From Cycas panzhihuaensis (lineage: Eukaryota; Plantae; Cycadophyta): a stretch of DNA of 64,000 nucleotides. Positions 26,465-38,199 of the stretch are shown here, piece by piece. The notes beneath the pieces are model-generated. The model ran no database searches. It worked only from the letters and a program-made list of their open reading frames with translations, and was not told the origin of the DNA. Position 1 is the stretch's first letter. Every line of letters starts with the position of its first letter. The DNA is taken from NCBI GenBank assembly GCA_023213395.1, contig CM041465.1, forward strand, positions 158,045,741 through 158,109,740, given 5' to 3'. The position numbers and the translations under genes were made by a program.

Positions 26465-29400
26465 AGTACTATAAGTGTGTACATCACCATTATTTCTAAT
26501 TTGAGGTTTAGCTATTCTTCCATTTCATTATATTAACTTATACATGCATAATCGCTTTTGTGCTTCATTTCTTTGTCATTCACTTACCGTTTTCATCTAT
26601 TGTGTGTATAATAGATTTATTTTCTAACATGTTATGAGAGCCCAAGGTTTGAATCCTTAAGGGCAACATTTTAGAGCCCATTCTTTTCAAAATTTTAGAG
26701 CCTTATTAAGCTAGTTGAGGAACCTATTTTTTAGTCAATTTTAAAGATATTTAAAGTTGTTTTCTACTACATTTTTATGCATATTTCTGGGATTGCTTTC
26801 TATCATATGAGATACATTTGGGGATGTTTTATCACTATTTTTAGTCATTTAAAGGGGCTATTTTTGAAGCTATTTAAATGTTATTTAAAGCATATTTTAG
26901 AGATTTGAAGCTACAAAAAAAATGGAGAAGTTTTATGAAAGAAAAAAAAGTAGATTTATGTGCCTTCTGTGACCAATTTTTTTGCTACATCTGGGCCCAT
27001 TTTTTAGCATGTAGGTGTGCTATTTTTTAAGTCACAGAAATGACAATTTAAAACTATTATTTAAAGAAAAAAAAAGAGTAGATTTTGGCACTAGTTATAG
27101 GCCTGATCACCCTATATATGATGCAAGTCTACTATAAAAAAAAAAGAGAAAAATAGGGGCCTTTACAAGTGTCCTATCACAAGGATCCACTACTAGAATT
27201 TAAGCCAGAAAAGGCCACTAGAATGATTAAAAAAAAAGGATTAAAATATCTGCTAGTATATTTTTTAGTATCTCTTCTTCCAGGTTCATTAAAAAAAAAT
27301 GTATATGCAACTATGAATTTGCATTGATTTGTAGGAAGTCTATAAAAGCTTGCATAAAAAAGAAAAACAACAACTATTGTATTAGGCCTCTTAGAAGCTG
27401 TTGAAAGGTCCATGTTTATTTTCTAACATAGTATTAAAAGAAAGGGTTAAGGTAAGTTCAGACCAGTTCATAATTTACCATTTCAAGCAACTAGGTGTTT
27501 GGCTTTAGTGTCTTTGAAGCTTTATTTAAGCAGTATAATTTTAAAGGATGGTGTATTTGAGAAAAGTTTAGTTTAGATTTCATTTCTAGCAAAATTTGCA
27601 GGCCTCTTATAATAATCTAATAGGCTTTTCCTGATTGATGATATGTTTGTGTGCCTCTCCTTGTACATCTATACTTCCCCTAAATCGTCTTTGAGGCATT
27701 GATTGAATTGACGATGTATGAGATATATTAGAAGAAGGTATATACATCTAACTATAGTGACAAAAAATACCAAAGGAGAGGAAATACATAAAGAGAAATA
27801 AAATACAAAGAAATTTAATGTAAGAAAGATTTCATGGGAAGAATAATGAGGATGAGCTACAATGGTTATTGAGTCTTGAGAAAAGGCTACAACGATTCTT
27901 GTATTTTGAGGCCTTACCTTCAATAGATTAAGACTACAAAATCTCAAACTAATACCTCTATTTTCCTCGCCAAGTTCTATAGTTGTGCAAGCCTTATGAA
28001 CCTTAGCATCCCAGGCCTGCGATATTACGATGCATGGGAAGAATAGTAAACCTGATATATGGATCCATGGGGCTTTTCTTGTCTAAAAATTGGAAGACTT
28101 GTGGAGTAAGAGTGGAGAATATTCTCCAAGGACATCGCGAAACTATGAAGGAGCTCATTCTGAAGTTGCAAAATGCAAATGAAAAGACTAAATATGTTTA
28201 CAAAGCTAATATGGATAATTGAAAGATGTCTAGATGTGAAGAAGGAACCCCCATAGATTCAATAGGGACTTCAGTTATGAATAGTCTGTGGAAGAAGTTG
28301 AAGCTCAATCATTGAAAGAATGTTGCCTAAAGAACTAGTCACCTCTACAATAGATCAATGGAGATGCCTACAGAAAAATCCAACTTACTTCCTTGCACGC
28401 TTGATACTACCCTTATTGAATTAAAGTCATCATAAAGATGACAAATCACTAACCTCATTATTCCTACAACAAAGAAGTAAATAATGGTGAATATCTTGAT
28501 TAAAACCCTAAAATTTAGGTTCTTTTTTTATTTTATTACAGACTAATATTTTTTGATTAATATTGGCAAGTATATATTTTTTAAACTTTGGTATATGTGA
28601 AATACTTATGGATTTCAATCAAATATTTTTATAAATACAAAAATATTTTGTTTTAGTTGATTTTTATTTTAGCTCCATAGCTCCCTAGCCCATTATCCCT
28701 TAGTCATGTTGAGCACTCATATGATCATCAATTAGTCAGCAAAAGGGGCTAAGCCCCTATTTTTTAGTTTTCATAGAGTCCTCGTCACTATTTTGGCAAT
28801 AGCTTGAGCTAAGAGTCTCTCTTTACAATCTTGTCAGCTACATTAGACTCATAATTAAGAGATCTTTATTTTAGAAGGTCACTTGATAGAATTTGGAGCT
28901 AATTCGATGTAAATATTTTAGCTCAAAGTTAAAAGTGTTTTATTTTAAACTTTATTATTATTATTATTTTCAACATTTTCAAGAAAACACACGTATTTTT
29001 TAAGGTTTCATATCATTTGTTATATATTTTATTAATATAATATATCCCAAATAGGAGTGGGTGGGGGGGGGGGGGGGGGGGGGAAGGATGGGATAACATA
29101 TAATATTTGTCATATAGGCTCATTATAGTCTTTAAAGAACCCATATTTATTTTAAAAAATCATTAAAATTTGTCATTTGAGAGAGTCATCCAAATTGTAT
29201 CTGAGTCACATCTACTTTTCAATCATAGTTATGACATTTAATGTTGGATATTTCATCCCATAGAGGCCATTATAACCCTATAGTGGCATATTGAAGCCCA
29301 TAGAGATAAGTTGGAAGCCCATAATACCATGTTCAAGCCCATAGAGGCATATTGTAAGCCTACAGAGGCATGGTTTTTTAACCCATAGATGCATGATTAT

Positions 29401-30144
29401 AGCACATAGAGGCAATTAGAGGCCATAGTACCCTTATAAGTCCTTAGAGCCATTTATTTTTTGGCCATTGAAGATGAAAAATCTACTTATATTATCTTAT
29501 ATAGGCAAGAGGTGAGACCCCTTTTCAGTTACTCTTGCATATTTTTTCATCAGCTTACTTATTCAGCCATGTAGGACAATATGTTCCTAAGGTGAAGTTG
29601 ACTTGGTACTAATTGTACCATATATACAAAGGAATATCATAGCTAATGGGGTCACAATGGCTGGTTACCCATGTAGTTCGGTGGATGGAGTTCTCTTCAT
29701 ATGGATGTTAGTAGTAGATTATGTTATTATAGTAACTTATGTGTATTAATTTAAAAACTCAATTTTATATCTTTGATATGATATTTCACTTTATGTAATT
29801 ATCTATTACATGGAAAAAATATTCGGTGTAATACCTAATTATATAATTATCCTTATTAACACACTCTCTAGATTTATTTGTATTTTATATTTGAGGTCTT
29901 CTTGAGTTGTGTGCCATATAGAAATATGTGCTAGCCTACAATAAGTTGACCAATGAGGATTTTGTCACATGTGGTGAGTTGTACTATAAGTATATACATC
30001 ATCATTCTTTCTAATTTGAGGTTTAGCTATTCTTCCATTTCATTGTGTTAACTTGTACATACTTAATCTCTTTTGTGCTTCATTCCTTTATTATTCACTC
30101 ATTATTTTTATCTATTGTATGTATAGTAGGTTTATTTTCTAACA
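26465..30144 (+). mobile_element. Non-autonomous (LARD-like) LTR element D
   Basis: Partial 5' LTR 26465-26629 matches 29981-30144; PBS relic tgttatgagagc 26630-26641; 3' LTR about 29707-30144. Interior mostly non-coding with possible integrase C-terminal relics at 27870-28220. Leader resembles 42787-43300. Confidence 0.7.
29257..29452. repeat. About 10 x ~21-bp minisatellite, core cccatagaggca
   Basis: Seen directly. Confidence 0.85.
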
Positions 30145-32410
30145 ACCCATGGTGACATATTTGGGTTGCTTTATTGTGTTAATGTTAACTTTTTATAGCT
30201 TTAACTCCTTCCCTTATATTGATTTTTTGTCTACCTATAATTTATATGTTGGTAATTAATCAATTAACCTCTCTCTATATTATATAATAAGATATGATGG
30301 AGGTAAATTATGTAACTCTTCTTAACTATCTTTATCCGATAGAGGATCTAGTTCTAGTCTTTGTCTATTTGTATCTATAACTTCCATATGAAAGCATTTT
30401 AGTATTGGGGCTATTATTTTACCTTTCAAAGTAGAAAGGACTAATTGTGTCTTTGGGTCTAGACTAAAGTAGAGAAAAGTATAAGAAAATTCTTTTGTTA
30501 ACATACTACGCTTTATTTTCTATGGTTTTTCATAGTAACGGTACTAGGTATAACTAATATTTATAAAGGTGGTGGCCCAATAATGGGTCTATTCTTATTG
30601 TGGTATGTTTTTTCCCCCCATATTTTTATACAATTTCAAATGTGGTTATTTAGATTTTTCCCATTATAGAATTTAGGGAGTCCATCATTTTGATCTTGGA
30701 ACCTAATCTAAAATGCATTTTTCATTATATCTCAATTCTATAATTGCGTATTATGTGTAAGATACCAAGCAAAGGCTTGTCTAGATAAAGAAAAGGAAAG
30801 TGATACATCCAAATCTCTTCTTGTTATTAATTTTTCTTTAGAATATTTGCATATTATTCCTAATGATTCTTTACAGCTCCTTTCTTCCCCTAATATTAAG
30901 GTATGTTTTCAAGAACCTTAATCAATAGTTTAGAATTACCTTAGATCGCTTACAGTTGATCCTCATTCAATTCCATCCACTTTGACTTTTCTTTGCTTAG
31001 GCTGATTATATCTTTCAATAATTGAGCTAAGCTAACTTCTAACTTTTCAATTTGTTGCTATTCCTTTAATGCGAAGTATGCTTTCTTCGCATCTAAGGAT
31101 GAGTCTAGGTACATCTTTAGGTGATAGTAGTTTGTTGGCCTAGTTTCTTCCTAGCCATTCTTTAGCTAGTTCAACACGTATGTAGAAGAAGAATCACTTG
31201 GAATTGATAGAGATGTAATTAATGTTTAATGGGTTATTTTTAAATAAGGACTCATGGTGGGTCCAATTTTGATGGTTATTAAATAAGCTTTTGCCTTCAT
31301 CTTCAATTATTTTGATCTGTAACACATCTAAGCACAAGGGCAGAGTAACCTGCCTTCCTGCTGATGACAATGTAAATGTGAATTTACCCCAATCCTAGAT
31401 TGACTTGGTGACCAACAACCATGGCCTTCTAAGCAATGTTGGGTATGTCTTCTTATGATTTTACATTTAGACCATGATTAAATCTAGCAAAACAATGATT
31501 CTTATAACTATGACAAGCGTGTTCAATAGAGTATCCATTGGCCTTACTTGTAATTAATTTTCTAACCTAATGGAGTAATCAGAGAAAACCACTTCCAACC
31601 TTCCTAGTGAAATCTATGAGGCTTTTAGCAAGACATTCACTCTTGAGCCCCCATCTATAATAATTTTATGGATGGTCATGTTAAGAATAATCATTGGAAC
31701 TTAAGGATCAACAACATTATTCTTCAAAGCTCTTAACACAAACTTCTGGATTTAGTATAGAATAATTTGTTGGAAATAACTAGCTTCCCACCATTTAAAG
31801 ACTACCATAATTACGATGGTGACTCCCAATTCTATCAACAAGTCCTTTACTGGCTACAACTGTTGCCAAGGATTCAAATGTTCTCTTACTACTTCACTTT
31901 TCTATTAAAGTTTTTGAAAAGTTAACCTCTTTCTATATGCTTGTCCTTTAAATCAATTACCTTGTTAGGTTTCTTCCTATTATACATTGTTCATTACATT
32001 CCATAAGGCTCACATCATCTCTTGAAGTTGTTTATTTTCTATTATTGGATTTAGAAAATTCCCTACAACTAAAGTTATTATGGTTCTTCCACTTTGGGTT
32101 TGCAAATAGATTACACCCCTTGATTAAGGATTTTTATTATCAAGTTTGAATTACAGACCTCTATGTTATGATTCTTTGTGTAACCATTCTTTATAAATAT
32201 ATTCTCTACATTTTTTCTCTAGGGGATAATCTAATTGAAAATGTCCCCATCTTGAGCACAAATGACATCAAATGGGTTTTGTCTTCCCCTTATATTGTTG
32301 AAAAGAATTATGATCCATTCTTCGATAGAAAGAATCCTTCACCACTAGTACACACCCTTGCCCTCTAGGTAATTATTAATAATAATATTCCCAAGTGTTA
32401 TGATTATTCC

Positions 32411-35198
32411 TGTTAAGATATAATGTTTTATCTAGGACAGAAAAAGGGGGTCATGTTAGACCAACCCTTAAAAGCTCTCATGAGATCATGCCACTTGGCA
32501 ATATTTGAGTGATTGGTTACATTAGTGGTTGTAACCAACTCATGACTCTTGTATACTTAAGCAAATTGAATCTCAATAGAAGATCAACTCATTCCTTTCT
32601 CAGTTTGTTTCTGATCTGCATTTTTTCAACATGGTATCAGAGCAGGGTGCTCAAACTGACGTCTCTTGAGGAGAATTCTTCTGTCAGTCAATCCTACCAA
32701 GTGCTGAAGGGAGATTTATCAATCAACGTCATTAATTCTTCATCGTATTTTAATTGTATGCAGACGGCATTTTTCAACAAAGGTCGATCGAGACGAAATT
32801 TTGCAGGGAGATAGATCGAGGCAAGTGAACACATCTCTCTTCCGAGCGAAGCGTTTGAGGCCGTTTTCAAGGCCAAATCAGCCCCTAACCAAATCAAGCG
32901 TTTTTGAGAAACCAGAGCAAAAATCTCTTCGATTTTCAAAAATTCCGGTATTTCGGTCCCAAATCCTTCTCACTATAAGTACGATTGATTTGCATCCAAA
33001 ATCGAGGGTTTATTTTGAGATTTTCCAAGATGTTTTTCTCAAAAATTGAATTTACGCCTAGCCGCTTTTTCTTTAGAGCCGATTTCTCTCATTTGAAAGG
33101 CGCTTCAAAAATCGACTTCGGATCCTCATAAGCGACTTGAATACCTACATTTTGAGGTACACTTCATTTTGGCCGTACATCTAGGGTTTTGTAAACTGCA
33201 ATTTGTCGGATCGCCCTAAATCGACCTTTCAATCGAAAATCATGTCTTCCTCCATCATTACTCGTCTCGAACCTCAAAACCCACCGGTTCAAATTACCAT
33301 GTGTGGAAAATCAAAATGGAGACTATTTTGATAATGAAAGACGCTGGAAAATTCTTTGAGGAAAGGAAACCCGTCCTCCTGCCGGTGATGACAAATTGAA
33401 GAGTTGGATTGAAAGAAATAACATGGGTAGTCTCACTCTGAAAATGTCTATTTCAGATTCTGTACTTGTCTATGTTGAAAAACTGAACCAGGCCTCTGAG
33501 ATCTGGAAATGTTTAGAAAATCTATATGGTCAAAAAAATCAAACGTGGGAATTAGTAGAACTACCTGCTAATAAGTCTACTGTAAACTGCAAATGGGTTT
33601 ACAAAACAAAGAAAGGAGTTGATGGCCAAATTGAAAAACACAAGGCCAGGTTAGTTGCAAAAGGATATACTCAAACTGCAGGTATAGATTATGATGAGAC
33701 TTTCTCTCCAGTAGCAAAGATGAACACAGTAAGGACAGTAATAGCCTTAGCTGCCACCCAAGGTTGGGGAATCTCTCAGATGGACGTAAAAAGTGCCTTC
33801 CTAAACGGTGAACTGGAAGAAGAAGTTTATATGCAACAACCAGATGGATACGCAGAACAGGGAAAAGAAAATCTAGTCTGCAAATTGAAAAAGGCCTTGT
33901 ATGGTCTAAAACAAGCACCACGTGCATGGTATGCAAAACTAGATCACTTTCTTGAAGAAAATAAGTTCATCTTGTAACTCGATTCTAGTCTCAGACATAA
34001 GGAAAACAAACAACAAGATAACAATAATTGTTGTTTATGTGGATGATATCGCTTATTGGGAATGATGTAGAAGGAATCAAGTGGATCAAAAGTCAACTTC
34101 AAAGAAAAGTTTGAAATGATGATTTAGGTTCACTAAATTATTACTTGGGACCGGAAATAGTTCAACATCAAAACTATGTAACTCGTCCCAAAGTAACTAC
34201 ATCAAAAGTCTACTTGTTCGATTTCGGATGGAAAACGCAATCCATGCACCACTCCCATGGAGACAAATTGCAATCTAACATGAGACAATATGGAAAAGAT
34301 GCCGATGCTACTGCAGACAGTAAATGATGGAAGTCCGATCTACCCGATGACCACCGGACAGACATATCCTACTCAGTAGGACTAATATCAAGGTATATGC
34401 AGAATCCAAAGTTAAGACACTGGCAAGCAGCAAAAAGAATTCTGAGATATCTCAAAGGAACAACAGATCTCAAGTTAGTTTATTCAAAGGGGCATCTAAT
34501 CAAAATCACAGGATACTGCGATTCAGACTGGGCAGGCGACAAAGAACAAAGGAAATCAACAAGTGGTTTTTGTTTTTTCTTGGGAGATTCAGCAATTTCA
34601 TGGTGCAAAGAAAACAAGCCACGTGGCTCTCTCTCTACGAGTAATATAAAGCGACCACATCAAGAACTCCGTGAAGCCATCCGTTAAGACAACTCTTGCT
34701 TGATTTAAATCAACAACAGAAAGAAGCAACTTCTTTAAAGTGTGACAATCAAAGTGCCATCAAGCTGACCAAAAATCCAATTCTGCATGCAAGAACAAAA
34801 CATATTGAAGTTCATCATCACTTTATAAGAGAAAAAGTACGAACAAAGAAATAGATTTGAATATCTTGTCCGACATCCGAACAAGTTGCGATCTTTTGAC
34901 AAAACCTCTTGGAAGAGAAAGACTCAGATATTTGAGAGACAAGATTGGACTTATAGAGATAAAACATTAAGAGGGGGTGTTAAGATATAATGTTTTATCT
35001 AGGACAGAAAAAGGGGGTCATGTTAGACCAACCCTTAAAAGCTCTCATGAGATCATGCCACTTGGCAATATTTGAGTGATTGGTTACATTAGTGGTTGTA
35101 ACCAACTCATGACTCTTGTATACTTAAGCAAATTGAATCTCAATAGAAGATCAACTCATTCCTTTCTCAGTTTGTTTCTGATCTGCATTTTTTCAACA
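32411..35198 (+). mobile_element. Very young, internally deleted Copia C (2788 bp)
   Basis: Two identical 221-bp TG..CA LTRs (32411-32631, 34978-35198); TSD ATTCC; perfect PBS tggtatcagagc 32632-32643; PPT aagaggggg 34969-34977. Confidence 0.97.
33242..34970 (+). pseudogene. Gag N-terminus fused to RT-RNase H; no protease or integrase
   Basis: ORF 33396-33977 reads ...ASEIWKCLENLYGQKN|QTWELVELP...[11 protein letters not shown]...LYGLKQAPRAWY. YVDD at about 34036; RNase H YCDSDWAG and CDNQSAI. Several apparent frameshifts. Confidence 0.9.
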
Positions 35199-37044
35199 AT
35201 TCCTCCAATATATTTCATACCATTTCATCACTGGTACTTCTTGGTGTTTATTTCGTAGGTGACCTTATTGGTTGCAAGGTGGACACTACATATTTTCTCT
35301 AGTTTTCTCTATATAAAGGCATGCTAATTAAACTCTTAAGCATTTAATTTCTTGATTGAGTTGCAATGCTACTAGGATTAAATAGATGGTTGCTATTTCA
35401 AGGCTGCCACTTCTCTTTTCAAAGCCTCCAATTCTAGATTGATTCCCATCTACAATGTATGCTACATAATGAATCTTGATTGTTGAAATTATAATCATTG
35501 TTGAAGATTAGTCTCCATTTACAAATTTATTGTTGAATACTATAATTGCACTCCCACTGGCTAAAAATTGGCTCCTATTTAAAAGTTTGGTCCCATCTGC
35601 ACTATTGATTAGAGATATGCCATCTTCGTATGGGTTTTAAACTTTAGTGTCAGTTCTCATACTTACTCATAATTAATTTATAAGATGCAAGGTTATTTTT
35701 TCCTCTTGAGGAGTTAGTCCTTAGACAAAATACTTCAGAGCAAACATGGGATTGATTAGAGTTGTTAGCTTCATCTTATTTATGATTATCCTCATTCTCT
35801 TATCAAAATCTCTAACTAATTCACCTTGAAATTGATGATTTTTTTCTAGTGCTTGAAAGTTGTCCACAAGATTACACAACTTTTGGAATTGATCCATAAA
35901 CTAGACTTGTATTTGGTTCTATGTTAGATTCTAAGTGGTGATATATTGGTACTAGGATATAGAAACTTTTCATAGGGTTACGAAAAAACTGGGTTTAATC
36001 TCCTCTTGATTTTAGATCCATTTAAATTTTAACATTTTTGAAAATAATGCTAAATGATCTCTTGGATATCCTAATCTATTAAATTGTAAGCAACCAAAAC
36101 CTACACCATTCTTCACAATAACATAAGGACTTGTAGGTTATACCCCACCTAATGGCATAGGATTTCCTATTGATCAACTAGTTGGTGGTATATTGCCTCC
36201 CCCTGATTTTCCTCCTACTCCCATTCTAGAGGTAGCAGTGCCTCCTATTGGTGGTTGGTTACCACCTCCTCTTATATGTGACTATATTACCATTCCTGTT
36301 GGGTTGCTTCCTCTAGGAGTTATGGTATTTGTAATTATTTACTAAATACCATTATATTCCACTAGAGAATTACCTATTGTGCTTCTTTCTTGGAAGGGGC
36401 TACCTCATAGAGTCAGTGGTTAAGGCACTATTAGGCCAATAAATCCTTCAAGCATTGATGTATACAAGGGATTCTTATATTAAGTATAAGGGATCAATTC
36501 CTTAATTATGGGATGGTCCCACCTTCCACTATAAGTGCTCCAATTCTCTAAGGGTATATAGATACTCCTACTTTATGATACATTCAAATTTATAGATATT
36601 TTAAAATCTGACAATGCTGACTATGGACTTCTATTATTTGTAGGGTCTTTTTCCAATGCACACCTTTAATCTCCTTTTAAATTTTTTATTTCTACTTTTT
36701 TTTGGGTTTCTGATTCATAATCTAGGGTTGTTTCCCTAATATCTTTGATTTTGTAGACTTCACATCTTCTTCTTTTTCTTCTAGGGTCAGTGCCTTTTCT
36801 CTTTTTAACCTTGCAGGTGGTCTCCTCTTCACCTGTCTTCTTTGTTGGATTAAGAATCCAAGTCTATAAATTCCTCCCTCTAATTTTCTTATTTGCCCAA
36901 TGATTACCATATTCTTGCCATGTTTCTTTATTTATTTTGGAATCATTCTTAGGTGGCATGGAAAGACCTCGCCTGCGCTTATCCTCTCACATCTATATTA
37001 CTCTATTTATTCCTTAAATTCATATTGAATAACAATAAAACCAA

Positions 37045-37677
37045 TGTGTTTTCCTCTATCTATTTACCAACATTGTTCCCAAATAAGATACAAGAACACA
37101 TATACAACTAGAGAATAAGATGCAAATCATAGTGTGAACCAACTACTTTATATTAATCAAATGAGAACTTCATCTGGATCTCCCATAACCAGATGCAATC
37201 CTAAGAATAATACAAGGTTGGAGGGATCCAAATAGAGAGGAATTAATAAATAATTATACAGACAACAAGATAAAGAAGATCCTAACCTAGTGATGATACA
37301 ACATGAGTATATCTTTTCTACAATAAGAATTATAACTATCTTTTCTATTTGTACAGAACTAACTAATCATTACATCCAAATTAGTTGTAATCCTCTATTA
37401 ATCATAATTATAACTATAATCTCTTAATTAATTGTAATTTGATAATACAATTTAAGTCATGATTATGTTTCTTGATTGTAATCTGGTCCTTGATTACACC
37501 TTCTAACTATAATCTAATCTTTGATTGTGCCTTTTGATTGTAATCCAATCCTTGATTACACCTTTTAATTGCAATCTTGCCTTTGATTACATCTTTCTAT
37601 TATAATACCACTATTGATTGTACCTATTAATATGCTCCTACACTTTGATTTTCTCTTATAAAAAACTATCGCATACA
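37045..37677 (-). repeat. 5' LTR of element H
   Basis: TG..CA ends; homologous to 6047-6643 with about one extra tandem unit. Confidence 0.85.
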
Positions 37678-38199
37678 TATACTTGATCATAGGCTCTAAT
37701 TCTAGTTAATATGTAATTTGCATGAGACATTTTAGTAAATGCAAGATAGAAGTAAAATCTCTTGAGAATATGTAGTAATTCAATAGAAGATAGTAGGGGG
37801 GAGAGAGAGAGAGAGAGAGAGTGAGCTTTCTTAGAAATCTCTTCCTTCTTGTATATCTCATAATGAAATTGAAATGCATATTTATAATAAATAAAAGTAG
37901 TTACAAGTAGTTTATAACCCTACCTATCTTCTTCATCTAATCTCTAACTACCTTAATATAGGCTTATTAGTCTAATTAAGCATTACATTAATTAGAGACT
38001 CTTTAGGGCTATAACTCAATTATTTGCATTACATATTCATACCAAAAGAACCTAGATTTAATTATTTATAGTTATAGTAGATGATATACATAATAATATT
38101 AATCAAATTCTCCCTTCTTTAGGAGAAATTATCCTTTATCAAATTTTCTTATTTTTTGAAGAAATTAATTCTCACTATGTGGTAGAGCACTTGTATTGT

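Larger units (their letters stand above)
30145..36960 (-). pseudogene. Element H gag-protease and start of RT, interrupted by Copia C
   Basis: Probable start MPPKNDS near 36960; gag YPRDHLALF; Zn-knuckle relic WYEIYWRN|NHNTWEY across the C insertion; protease IIDGGSRVNV about 31635-31665 and YPTLLRRPWL. Confidence 0.8.
6047..37677 (-). mobile_element. Old Gypsy element H (non-chromovirus-like) containing several nested insertions
   Basis: Homologous LTRs at 6047-6643 and 37045-37677. PPT (tctcccct on plus strand) next to the left LTR, gag-protease next to the right LTR. Flanks catat/tatac are both one C>T change from CATAC. Confidence 0.6.

Noticed and set aside
29063-29083. Poly-G run as a functional G-quadruplex
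   Set aside because: Simple homopolymer of unreliable length with no supporting context.
29257-29452. CRISPR-like repeat/spacer appearance (also the PBS array at 42681-42798)
   Set aside because: Spacers are too short and related to each other, there are no cas genes, and the context is a eukaryotic retroelement.
37683-38130. Possible additional LTR with PBS relic (gctctaattcta) and (GA)n
   Set aside because: No partner LTR or TSD in the window; boundaries cannot be supported.
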